Shown here one piece after another: positions 48,732 to 58,253 of a stretch of 64,000 nt of DNA; the first letter of the stretch is position 1, and each line of letters opens with the position of its first letter. Source of the DNA: Desulfurococcaceae archaeon (GTDB lineage: Archaea; Thermoproteota; Thermoprotei_A; Sulfolobales; Desulfurococcaceae); contig JAWAJB010000001.1 of NCBI GenBank assembly GCA_038888155.1, forward strand, positions 32,001-96,000, written 5' to 3'. The notes under the pieces are model-generated. The model had not been told where the DNA came from, searched no databases, and saw only the letters and a list, made by a program, of their open reading frames with translations. The translations under genes and the position numbers were made by a program.

Positions 48732-50582
48732 TTGGGCGGATACTGGGGTAAAATCTTAGAGATTGATTTAACTACAGGGAGAAAACATGCAATTGATGTA
48801 GAGTCTACAATTTTTAGGAGATTTATAGGAGGGCGAGGCTTCGCAACTTACTATTTAGCTAAAAATTGCGGGGAAGTATGGGAAAGTTTAGACCCGCTGT
48901 CGCCGAATAATCCGCTCATATTGGCTACCGGCGTTCTAACAGGGTATTACCCTGGAGTGAAAATGATCGTATCTGGTAAATCCCCTCAAAGTCACGGCAT
49001 CGTAGGCTCAGCAATTTCAAGCGAAGCTGCAATAGAGCTAAAAGCTGCTGGATTCGATGCTTTAGTAATTAAGGGAAAGAGCGAGAAGCCTGTCTACCTT
49101 TATATAGAGGACTCAAAAGCTGAGATAAGAGACGCAGGAGATCTGTGGGGGCTTACGGGTAGAAAACTATTAGAGAAGTTAGCAGAAATTTACAGGAGTG
49201 AGCACGACTTAGACACACCGCCGGGTACTTTGTATATTGGTCCTGCGGGAGAGAACCAGGTTAGAACATCCGTTGTTATGTCAAAGCTTGCTCACGCATC
49301 CGGGTATGGCGGATACGGTGCAGTCATGGGATCAAAAAAACTCAAGGCAATACTGATCAAGGGAAGTGGGCCGCTTCCCGCAGTAGCTAATCCAGCTGTC
49401 TTTAAAGAGATAAGGGCTAAGTATATATCAATGCTTAAAGATCGCCTCCTAAGATTTAGGCAATGGGGTACATCTGCTGGTACTTGGCGTTGCGGCAACA
49501 TAGCAAGCAGTACACCAATAAAGAATTGGCAAGAAGAGTGGCACAGCGTGACCGAGTTCTCCCAGGCCGGTTTCGAGCAAAAGGTATGGGTAAAAAATCC
49601 CTGGGCCGATTACGGCTGCCCTGTCGGATGTATGAAGGTAAGCAGAGCTACTTCATGTAAAGGTGTGTACATCACAGATGCACCCGACTATGAGATGTCG
49701 GCGTACCTTGGCTCTAACCTTTATGTCTTTACTCCAGAGGGCGCTACTAGGCTCTCAGCAGTAGCAGATGATCTAGGGTTATGCGGTATTCAAGCGGGGA
49801 ATGTCGTCGGATTTGTCCTTGAATTATATCAGCGAGGTATATTAACTAAAGAGGATATCGGTTACGATGTCAAGTGGGGAGATGTAGACTCTATTGAGAG
49901 GTTACTCTATGATATTGCATATAGAAGGGGTATAGGGGAAATATTGTCTGAAGGAACATACAGAGCCTCTAAGAAGATCTCAGAACTGAAGGGTATAGAT
50001 GTTTCTAAATACGCTGTCCAAGTGAAGGGGATTGGCGTTGGAGCTCATGGAATTAGAAGCGGAAGAGATTACACGGGAATAATAGCTTATGCTGGCTCCG
50101 TTCAAGGAGGTGACCACACGAGCGTAGCTGGGTTGCCAGTAAAATCTACCGAGTCCGAGGCCTGGTCTGCCCTAGTGGATAGCGCCGTAATTTGCTTTTT
50201 CCTTGATCCAGGAGATCAACCACTATTAGATTATTTAAACGCTGTCACTGGCTGGAATATGAACCTCGATGAACTGTACGCTGTGGGCCTTAGAATACTT
50301 ACATTACAGAGACTTCTATTGCTGGTTGGAGGACCAGATGTGAAATGGGTACCAAAATTACACGACGAGAATCCTGAGAGGTTTTACGAACCTCTGCCGA
50401 GTGGACCATTCAAGGGTTCAGCACCAGATAGATCAAAGGTTAACATGGAACTCAGGCAATACTATCGTGAACTGGGGTGGGATGAATGCGGCATTCCAGA
50501 AGTAAAAACTATGGAAGAATTGGGCATATCAGAGTTCACGTACCTAAGGAACAAGGTGGAGAGAAGTCAAGATAATTGCTAG
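48732..50582 (+). CDS. WOR5-like tungsten oxidoreductase catalytic subunit (AOR family)
   Basis: TGYYPG.K, HASGYGGYGAVMGSK, NWQEE, WADYGCPV.CMK, DAPDYE, GAHGIRS, VQGGDHTS, LL.GGPDV. These match P. furiosus WOR5 as I recall it. Confidence 0.88.
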   Translation: MGGYWGKILEIDLTTGRKHAIDVESTIFRRFIGGRGFATYYLAKNCGEVWESLDPLSPNNPLILATGVLTGYYPGVKMIVSGKSPQSHGIVGSAISSEAAIELKAAGFDALVIKGKSEKPVYLYIEDSKAEIRDAGDLWGLTGRKLLEKLAEIYRSEHDLDTPPGTLYIGPAGENQVRTSVVMSKLAHASGYGGYGAVMGSKKLKAILIKGSGPLPAVANPAVFKEIRAKYISMLKDRLLRFRQWGTSAGTWRCGNIASSTPIKNWQEEWHSVTEFSQAGFEQKVWVKNPWADYGCPVGCMKVSRATSCKGVYITDAPDYEMSAYLGSNLYVFTPEGATRLSAVADDLGLCGIQAGNVVGFVLELYQRGILTKEDIGYDVKWGDVDSIERLLYDIAYRRGIGEILSEGTYRASKKISELKGIDVSKYAVQVKGIGVGAHGIRSGRDYTGIIAYAGSVQGGDHTSVAGLPVKSTESEAWSALVDSAVICFFLDPGDQPLLDYLNAVTGWNMNLDELYAVGLRILTLQRLLLLVGGPDVKWVPKLHDENPERFYEPLPSGPFKGSAPDRSKVNMELRQYYRELGWDECGIPEVKTMEELGISEFTYLRNKVERSQDNC

Positions 50583-50877
50583 GATTTACCTTTAAAATTG
50601 CTTACGAGCACGTTGAATTCTACATGGTGGCTGGTATACAATCTAAGACCTGTCTATGAGATCAGCTGGCGATGTTTTTGCAAGTGATCTAGGAGCTGTC
50701 GGTAACAATTTAGTCCAAGGGAAGATTTTAGAGGTTTTTTATTTTTCCTGTATCATCCGAAAACGGCTTGTAAGTTAAATGGACTTCTACCTAATAGTCT
50801 TTCTAGTGAGGTAAAAGGATGATACGGAATTGGGAAAAAATAAAACAACTACCTGATATTAACATTCAATAAATACT

Positions 50878-52341
50878 TTACGCAGCCTTCCAAGGCTCCG
50901 CTGCCATTTCCTCCTTTAGCTCTCCTTTGGCTAGTTTCGTCTCCCACTCCTTAACTAACTTGCCAGCCAATGGAGCTAACAGCACCACCGCTATTAAGTT
51001 CGGGTATAGCGAAATACCAGTGACAATATCAGCCATGACCCAGAGCTCAGCAGGTTTGGCACCTAGTGAGAACAGATAACAAGCTATTGCAACAGCAGGC
51101 CAGCGGAACAATAAGATCCACGTCTTCACAACTTTCTCAGTGAATTGGATGGACTTTCGCGCCTTATACAGGAGTAAGTACCTCCACTGCACTACAGTGT
51201 ATGTTCCTCCCGTTACTAGAGTTGTGAACATGAATAAGAACGTTGAGAGGAATAGCCAATTGGCTGCCCAATCACCTAGCGTCCTCCTAACCACACTAAC
51301 CACTGCAGTGTATCCACCAACGCCAGTCTTCCACTCTCCGCTTGAGGCAATTACTAAGCCAGTGAATGTGCATATAACTATAGTGTCAAGGAAGACGTCC
51401 ATTGAGGAAGGCGGGACAGTGTCGCCGGGGTGCCTTAAGCCCTTCGCACTTGAGTAGATGTGTGGAGATGTACCCCAGCCGGCTTCGTTGCTGTATATTC
51501 CCCTTGCAACACCTACTCTAACCGTGTTAAATAGGGTTGTGCCCGCGAATCCGCCAACAACTGCCGGAGCTGGGTTAAAGGCGTAGTAGAATATGTCGCT
51601 AATACCCTGTGGAATATTGGCAGCGTGATTTGCTAAGACCATAAGGCCAAGTATGACATACGAGATTAGCATCAGGGGCACTGCTATTGACTGGAACTTT
51701 CCTACCCCAGGTAGCTCGAAAAGCCATATAATTACAACTATTGCAACAACAATTATCTCAAATGCAATAACTTGCTCGGTTGTGAGGAATGGGAAAGCCG
51801 CCTTTGTCATTTCTAACATGGTGTAGTAGTAGACGGGGAAGAGTATGCCTAAGAAGAAGCCAGCTATGAACATGCCAACCAATATGTAGCAGATTTTCTT
51901 AGGTATCTTATACATTTTTTCGAGGTACTCCATGTACCACATTGGTCCACCGTATGTTCTGCCGTCTGGTAGGACCATTCTAGTGTATGCTGCTAGCGTG
52001 CACTCAGCCGGTTTAAGGCCCATGCCCACTAGCGCGCTCATCCACATCCAGAATACTGCTCCAGGGCCACCGCTTGCCATAGCGCTTGATACTCCAACAA
52101 TGTTACCTAAGCCGACAACTCCTCCCACTGTCGTGAAGAAGGATGTAAGCCTCGATATTACACCCACTCCAGTAGTTCCTGCCCTAGCGAAGTTGTCTTT
52201 TAGTAGGAACCCGAATTTCCTGAACTGAATGAATCTTAGAAATATTGACGCTATGATTGCTACGGCAAAGAATAGGAATGGTAGGAACGGGTTCCACAGT
52301 ATATCGTATGCTATAAATCTGTATATTGCTAGCAGATCCAT
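50878..52341 (-). CDS. Alanine/glycine:cation symporter (AGCS family)
   Basis: VG.GNI.GV, GGPGAVFWMW, GGPMWY, GVARG.YSNEAG.G, DTIVICT.TG, PNLI. Confidence 0.93.
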   Translation of the reverse strand: MDLLAIYRFIAYDILWNPFLPFLFFAVAIIASIFLRFIQFRKFGFLLKDNFARAGTTGVGVISRLTSFFTTVGGVVGLGNIVGVSSAMASGGPGAVFWMWMSALVGMGLKPAECTLAAYTRMVLPDGRTYGGPMWYMEYLEKMYKIPKKICYILVGMFIAGFFLGILFPVYYYTMLEMTKAAFPFLTTEQVIAFEIIVVAIVVIIWLFELPGVGKFQSIAVPLMLISYVILGLMVLANHAANIPQGISDIFYYAFNPAPAVVGGFAGTTLFNTVRVGVARGIYSNEAGWGTSPHIYSSAKGLRHPGDTVPPSSMDVFLDTIVICTFTGLVIASSGEWKTGVGGYTAVVSVVRRTLGDWAANWLFLSTFLFMFTTLVTGGTYTVVQWRYLLLYKARKSIQFTEKVVKTWILLFRWPAVAIACYLFSLGAKPAELWVMADIVTGISLYPNLIAVVLLAPLAGKLVKEWETKLAKGELKEEMAAEPWKAA

Positions 52342-52471
52342 CTGCTCATCTCACCTACTGCTTGTTATGTTTGTAAGAGGGGGGTTAAAAACTTTTCTTG
52401 TTGTGATCAAAGCTCTGCTTAGTGCCTTTCCATGAAACTTTAAGTCAAAAATAGACTAGTAGGAAAAGTTT

Positions 52472-53149
52472 ATGTACCCAATGCATCTACACTCAAGGAT
52501 GGGGGACCGCTTGAAGGAAGCTAGGCACTACATCAGCTTAATTGCTTGGTTGATTATTATACTTATTTTAATTCCTAATGCTATTGTTGACGCTCAGTGC
52601 TATGTGAACTCTAGTATATTGTTCTACGAATATGGGCAATCCTCGTGTCCTCACTGCACAAAACAGCATGATCTTTTTGTGCGGGAATTTCCTAGGAACA
52701 ACTTTTTCTGTGAAATAGATAAATACCGAGAGTGCGAATCGGCGTTTGCAGAGTTTGCACTAAGCGTAACAATAAATGTGACTGGCGTGCCTGTCCCGGT
52801 TCCACAGACTTTAGTCGTAAAAACAGTGGACAACGAGTACAATTTAATAGCCGTAGTAATCGGTGCTGTAACGGATAAATCTTTCTGGATTCAGTTGTCA
52901 TGCAGGGAGCCCAGCAACGAGGTGCCGATTTACTATGGAACTAACCAAGTCGGATCACTCTACATAAATGAAACGCTGTTCGCAAGTTTATTGAAGAAAC
53001 TCATTGTGTTTCCTCTGAGCCCTAGCAGCGGGTCAAGCGCGATATTTATTCAAGCCCTCCTTATAGCTGCAATTTTAATTGGGGGGATAGGAGGATACGT
53101 AGCCTATATTTACCTTAGGAGAGGAAAACATAAAGGGAAAATTAGATAG
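52472..53149 (+). CDS. Membrane-anchored thioredoxin/glutaredoxin-like protein
   Basis: N-terminal signal-like hydrophobic stretch, YG..SCPHC, cis-Pro-like VP.T, and a C-terminal TM followed by a basic tail. Confidence 0.65.
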   Translation: MYPMHLHSRMGDRLKEARHYISLIAWLIIILILIPNAIVDAQCYVNSSILFYEYGQSSCPHCTKQHDLFVREFPRNNFFCEIDKYRECESAFAEFALSVTINVTGVPVPVPQTLVVKTVDNEYNLIAVVIGAVTDKSFWIQLSCREPSNEVPIYYGTNQVGSLYINETLFASLLKKLIVFPLSPSSGSSAIFIQALLIAAILIGGIGGYVAYIYLRRGKHKGKIR

Positions 53150-53436
53150 GGAATTTTGCGCTACTTGTTGCGGCGTAACCTACAATGTTATGGTCACTCA
53201 TTTAGGTGTTACTGTAAAAGGTTTAGCAATATCTTTAACAACTTTCTCAATGTTTCTCCCTAATTGATTTAAGGAAAAATAGAAGTAGTTGCCTCTAAGA
53301 AAATAAAACAAATACTTGCAACTCTCTAACCAAATCTCTAATATAATTGAGGTCAACGTCACATTTACAAATACTGCGACTTCATCCCCAGTAAAGGAGA
53401 AAAAAGATATATAATAGAGATGTTTCATTACGTTGC

Positions 53437-54072
53437 GTGGGGATTTTTACGAGCGGGTCTGATGTAGGAAGTTCTCTAAGCAGAGTAATAGTTTATGCTA
53501 TATTAATTGCCATTATCATGGGAGTTCTCCAGTGGTTTTTCACCCAGGGAGTTGAGTTGATTGCGTCAACAACGGGGATTCAGGGAGTTTTAATCGCAAA
53601 GGACTACGCTCCATACGTATACATCATAGTTCTACTTGCTCTTGGTTGGCTTGTGTTAAACTCCATTGCTTCATTATTTTATGCTATGCTTAAACCCAAG
53701 TACGGCGTGTCAACAGCATCTGCAATTAGAAGTATGATCAGAATAATTGGCCTGGGTGCACTTTTAGCAGGCATAGCTGGCGGCGTTGCAGGCGGAGCAG
53801 CGGGCGTGGCCCTAGGCGGTTTCATAGGCCTAGTTATAGGTTTCGCCACACAGCAGGTGTTAGGACAGGCTATTGCGGGCATGTTCATACTGCTTACACG
53901 TCCATTTAAAATCGACGACATTGTAGATGTTGCAGGAGAGACTGAAGTTAAGGTCAAGGATATATCTACCCTATTTACAATTGTTGAGAGAAAAGACGGC
54001 TTTGAAGTATTGGTCCCAAGTTCTATGATCATCGGTCAGAAAATAGTTATCAGGAAAAGAGGACCTCAATAG
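53437..54072 (+). CDS. mscS: Small-conductance mechanosensitive channel
   Basis: Gly-rich pore helix, GFA.QQVL.Q.IAG, RPFKIDD.V, VP.S. Confidence 0.88.
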   Translation: MGIFTSGSDVGSSLSRVIVYAILIAIIMGVLQWFFTQGVELIASTTGIQGVLIAKDYAPYVYIIVLLALGWLVLNSIASLFYAMLKPKYGVSTASAIRSMIRIIGLGALLAGIAGGVAGGAAGVALGGFIGLVIGFATQQVLGQAIAGMFILLTRPFKIDDIVDVAGETEVKVKDISTLFTIVERKDGFEVLVPSSMIIGQKIVIRKRGPQ

Positions 54073-54135
54073 TACCTTAACCAAAACTAAATATTTTTTG
54101 AAGGGCTTAATTAAGCTTCCTTAATTACTTTTGTT

Positions 54136-55545
54136 ATGGTAAGTAAAATGACTCTAAGCGATGTTGGGAATACATTAGAGAAAATTACCGATATGCTACA
54201 AGAAGATAAACTGGCTGAAGTCTCGGAGATCTTAAGGCAAATGGCTCCACACGAGATCGTAGAGATACTGCTAAGGCTCAGCCCAAATGATAGAAAGCGC
54301 ATATTTTCACTAATAAGCCTTGAGATGATCATAGACGAGTTGGCAAAGCTGCCCGCAGAGATTGTCCACGAGATAACGTCAATTAAGGGCACAGATGATC
54401 TCGTGAAGATCATTCAACGCCTGCCTGTAGATGAGGCAGCAGATTTTTTAATTAAGCTCCCCCCGCGAATAAGGCTTACCGTGCTTAGATCTCTACCAAA
54501 GGAAATTGCGCACACTATAGCTAGGTTGATGAAATTCCCGCCCGAGAGTATTGGAGGAGTTATGACAACAATGGTACCTGTTTTCACTGAGAACACTGCT
54601 GTAGGTGAAGCACTTGATGTATACATTCAGCGATCAAGGCTTGGGTTATATGAAAGTGGCAACTACGTATACGTAGTAGATGAGGAAGGTAGACTTGTAG
54701 GATACACCGATGTTAAAACGCTGCTCATGAAGCCTCGTAATGTAGAACTACGCAGATTCATGCTCCCAGTGAAAGTTGCAGTTACACCTTTTGAGGATAG
54801 AGAAAAGGCCGCCAAAGTAGCTATAAGCTACGACTTAATGGAAGTGCCCGTTGTGGACTTCGACCATAGGTTCATGGGGATTATTACGCTAGACGACTTG
54901 TTAGATGTAGTTGTAAGCGAGTACTCAGAAGACCTTTTAAAATATGCTGGTTACGCAGAAGCTGTGAAGGGAAATTATGTAACAGAAAATCCAGCTAAAT
55001 TGGCCTTAAAAAGGGCACCTGTTTTAATACTCTTATACCTAGTAAACTCTATTACTGGAACTATAATAGCATCGTTTGTCGATATTATTGAGAGAATGGC
55101 CTTACTAGCAGCATTTATGCCCATGCTTGCGGATAACTCTGGCAACATTGGCGCCCAATCTTCTGCTATAATCCTGCGTGGACTTGTCACAGGGGAAATA
55201 AAGCTCACAAAAAGAGATCTAACAATGATCCTGCTAAAGGAATTCACTTCAACAACTATTATGATCCTAATATTGTCGCCAGCGGCTTTTACAATAGGGT
55301 TTAGCATTGCTTTCCTTTCAAGTGGAGTTCTATCCTATTCCCTTAGAATAGCAATAATTGTGTCTACCGCTCTCATAGTTTCGTGCTTCGTTGCTGACCT
55401 CGTTGGGTCGCTTTTCCCAGTGCTCCTTTCTAAGTTTAAAATAGACCCTGCTACGGCATCTGCGCCAATGATAACAAGTATAGCCGATATTGCCACTGTT
55501 GCTATTTACTTTATAGTTGCTAGTGCATTATTTGCAACCCAGTGA
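54136..55545 (+). CDS. mgtE: Magnesium transporter MgtE
   Basis: MgtE N-domain, CBS pair, GN.GAQS, DPA.AS.P.ITS.AD. Confidence 0.94.
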   Translation: MVSKMTLSDVGNTLEKITDMLQEDKLAEVSEILRQMAPHEIVEILLRLSPNDRKRIFSLISLEMIIDELAKLPAEIVHEITSIKGTDDLVKIIQRLPVDEAADFLIKLPPRIRLTVLRSLPKEIAHTIARLMKFPPESIGGVMTTMVPVFTENTAVGEALDVYIQRSRLGLYESGNYVYVVDEEGRLVGYTDVKTLLMKPRNVELRRFMLPVKVAVTPFEDREKAAKVAISYDLMEVPVVDFDHRFMGIITLDDLLDVVVSEYSEDLLKYAGYAEAVKGNYVTENPAKLALKRAPVLILLYLVNSITGTIIASFVDIIERMALLAAFMPMLADNSGNIGAQSSAIILRGLVTGEIKLTKRDLTMILLKEFTSTTIMILILSPAAFTIGFSIAFLSSGVLSYSLRIAIIVSTALIVSCFVADLVGSLFPVLLSKFKIDPATASAPMITSIADIATVAIYFIVASALFATQ

Positions 55546-55659
55546 AGTGCATTGAGGCTATTATAGTAACCTTTTTAAGGGGGGCTATTATCCTGGGCAA
55601 CAAGCTGTGAAGGTATTAATGGTCCCTTTATATTAAATTAAAGAGAAGGTGCTTTTGCC

Positions 55660-56943
55660 TTGTTACTAGTACACACGAGCGACTTGCACGTAGGGGCAGA
55701 GGCGTTTGAAGGCACTCCATTACAGGAGGCGTTTTACAGAGTAATGGAGGAGATAGCCGAGATTTGTAAAGATAACAAAATAAAGTACCTAACTATTGCG
55801 GGCGATCTATTTGACATTGATAAACCAGCTTACGATGTTGTGCTTAGGACCATCAGTGTATTTAAGAGCCTTCGCGAAAGCGGAACAGAAGTCATTGTTG
55901 TACCAGGCAACCACGATAACTCGAGAAGAGGAGAGGGGGTTCTTAACGTACTTGCTGAAGCAGGATTAATACACCTATTAAGTTACAACGAGGAAATGGG
56001 GTTTTTGATATCGCACTCCAGAGCCTTCGATGAGGATAGAATTGTTTTCTACGGGATACCGGGCTTCAAGGGAGGCGGATCTCGGGAAATAGATTATGTA
56101 AAGCGCGCTCTCATCAGGTTCGATAACTTGTCAAAATATCGCGATTATTCTGCCGTAATATTGGCTCATTTAAGTACAAAATTTGCAGGCTATGACCCCT
56201 CGAAATATTACTGGAGGTACGGCAAACTTCACTTAGAACAGGAAGAGCTACTGAGAAGGTTGCCCTCAAACACTACTTACGTCGCACTTGGGCATATACA
56301 CTTACCTCTACCGTTAGACAGCTCTTTCAGGGGAAACATAGCTTACCCGGGGGCACCAATTGGAATAGATAGCAATGATTTGAGGGAAACCTTTGAACTA
56401 AGCAAGATTGGTATCTCAAGGCGCATACTGCTAGTGGATTTAGATCATGAGCCCCCACTAATAAAAGCTCTAAGGCTTAACTCAGCGCCACGAGTTTACT
56501 ACGCTAGCGTAGAGGCAAGGAGCACCGATGAAGTCAAAAACTATATCAAAATGGCTCTAGGTGAGTTAGGCGATGCAAAATACGGCGCATTAATATTGAG
56601 AGTGAAGGGAATTGAAAGGATTGATAGCGAAATAGAAAATTATAAAGCCGAAATCATGAGGAAGAATAACATGTTTATAAGCATAAAAACGACGCCTCAC
56701 GAGAACTATGAAAGCGCAACTCAGTATTTCCTGGTGGAAAACCCCATAAACATACAGGATGAACTCACCTTACCGGATATAGAGCTCAATGTACTAAGGG
56801 AAGTTGTTGAGAAGCGTAAACTGCCTCTATCTGTTGAGAAGTTTAAGTGGCTAATAGACAAACTGAGTAGGGGGACGTCTTTTACTACAGAGAAGCTATT
56901 AGAAGAGATCGTAAAAGAGTTAGTGGAAGTTATAAATGGCTGA
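55660..56943 (+). CDS. mre11: Mre11 DNA double-strand-break repair nuclease
   Basis: Phosphoesterase motifs SDLH, AGDLFD, GNHD, AH, LGHIH and YPG. Confidence 0.9.
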   Translation: MLLVHTSDLHVGAEAFEGTPLQEAFYRVMEEIAEICKDNKIKYLTIAGDLFDIDKPAYDVVLRTISVFKSLRESGTEVIVVPGNHDNSRRGEGVLNVLAEAGLIHLLSYNEEMGFLISHSRAFDEDRIVFYGIPGFKGGGSREIDYVKRALIRFDNLSKYRDYSAVILAHLSTKFAGYDPSKYYWRYGKLHLEQEELLRRLPSNTTYVALGHIHLPLPLDSSFRGNIAYPGAPIGIDSNDLRETFELSKIGISRRILLVDLDHEPPLIKALRLNSAPRVYYASVEARSTDEVKNYIKMALGELGDAKYGALILRVKGIERIDSEIENYKAEIMRKNNMFISIKTTPHENYESATQYFLVENPINIQDELTLPDIELNVLREVVEKRKLPLSVEKFKWLIDKLSRGTSFTTEKLLEEIVKELVEVING

Positions 56944-58243
56944 AAGCATGGCCGCTGAGAGATTAATCGAGATCATTAGGCAGATAGTTAAAAGCATGAG
57001 GAGTGATTTCGCGTACTCTAGCAGTAAGGGCATTGTAAGGGATCGCGAGCAGGTCTACAGGGCGTTCTATAAAGTCTCCCCAATAAGTAGCTACCAAGAC
57101 AAACCCGTTATCTTTACTGACGCGGGTTTTCACAGCCTTGAGGCTGATGTTTCAAGCCTTATAGTTGTTAACGTTGGTGCACAGATAAGAAGAGAAAACG
57201 GTGTTTTACAGTCCTTATCGGATATTCTGGATTATCCTCCATATGAAACATATTTTATGTACGGCCGATTGGTACAGGAAAATGGTAGCCCGCTATTTTC
57301 CCTTCAAATTCTCCCACTCGATGAATGTCCACTTTTACTTAACGAGGAAAAAGCCGCCGAGGCATCTCGAGAAATCACGGAAATGCTGAACAGAGGGTAT
57401 AGGGGGGGTATTGACATAGAAAGATCAACCAAGTTGTTCAGGAAGTTCGTGAAATACACAGAAGGCCTCTTGGAGCTAGCTTACGCCCTGAAATTAGCTG
57501 AACAAGTCAGAGTGAATACTGTTAGCGTAGTTGATGGCACTCTCGCGAGGTGGTTCGGTGTTAAAGCTATTAAGTTCTTAGGCCTCGAGGGATTAGATAT
57601 TTTAATAGCGCTTACTGGGCTAAGCCGAGAGGCTCTCGTTTCAAGGCTTAGCAATATTTGTGGTCTCGTTAAAACTACGAAGTTTACCTCAGTAGCTAGA
57701 GCGAGATGGTTATTTAAAAACACTACAAAAAGTCCCTCGGGCCTGTACACCTATATCGATGAGGGGTCGGTAGAGAAGGCAGCTGAGCTGCTGAGCGATA
57801 TTCGGCGAAAGTATGGGGAGAAGAGCGCGCATGAAACAATATCTATTTTCAACAGAGTGATTCACGCAAAGTCAGGCATATACTCTACTAGGTTTCCCCT
57901 TACAACTGATGGCACCTTAATAATGCACCTTGAGCTTCACTCGAATAATCCCGTTATTGAGTATGATCAAACCAATAGAGAGATAAGAACTTATCCAAAA
58001 ACAGCTAATGAGTTAATGAAGCGAATTAATGAGTTTACTAGTAATATAACTGCTTATAGAACTCCAGAGGAGGGTTTACCACCTCACGGTTTCATGGAGG
58101 TTGATAGGCTCGTAAGGATTCCAAATAAGTTGTTTTTTGCGATTGAGGAACTTTTTAGGCATACAATAAGAGAAGAGACTGGAGAGATGGGTCACCCATT
58201 AGAATACCTTTTTGATGTCACTAGGAAAATGAGGCTGAGATAA
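56936..58243 (+). CDS. nurA: NurA-family 5'-3' nuclease (divergent)
   Basis: Lies between mre11 and herA. Acidic motifs FTDAG, LELAY and VVDGTL; GLVK; C-terminal G.P..F.E.D..VRI. Confidence 0.72.
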   Translation: MAESMAAERLIEIIRQIVKSMRSDFAYSSSKGIVRDREQVYRAFYKVSPISSYQDKPVIFTDAGFHSLEADVSSLIVVNVGAQIRRENGVLQSLSDILDYPPYETYFMYGRLVQENGSPLFSLQILPLDECPLLLNEEKAAEASREITEMLNRGYRGGIDIERSTKLFRKFVKYTEGLLELAYALKLAEQVRVNTVSVVDGTLARWFGVKAIKFLGLEGLDILIALTGLSREALVSRLSNICGLVKTTKFTSVARARWLFKNTTKSPSGLYTYIDEGSVEKAAELLSDIRRKYGEKSAHETISIFNRVIHAKSGIYSTRFPLTTDGTLIMHLELHSNNPVIEYDQTNREIRTYPKTANELMKRINEFTSNITAYRTPEEGLPPHGFMEVDRLVRIPNKLFFAIEELFRHTIREETGEMGHPLEYLFDVTRKMRLR

Positions 58244-58253
58244 TGGTGATCTT

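Noticed and set aside
53198-53428. 76-aa minus-strand ORF
   Set aside because: AT-rich, motif-less frame in the mscS upstream region; cannot be supported.
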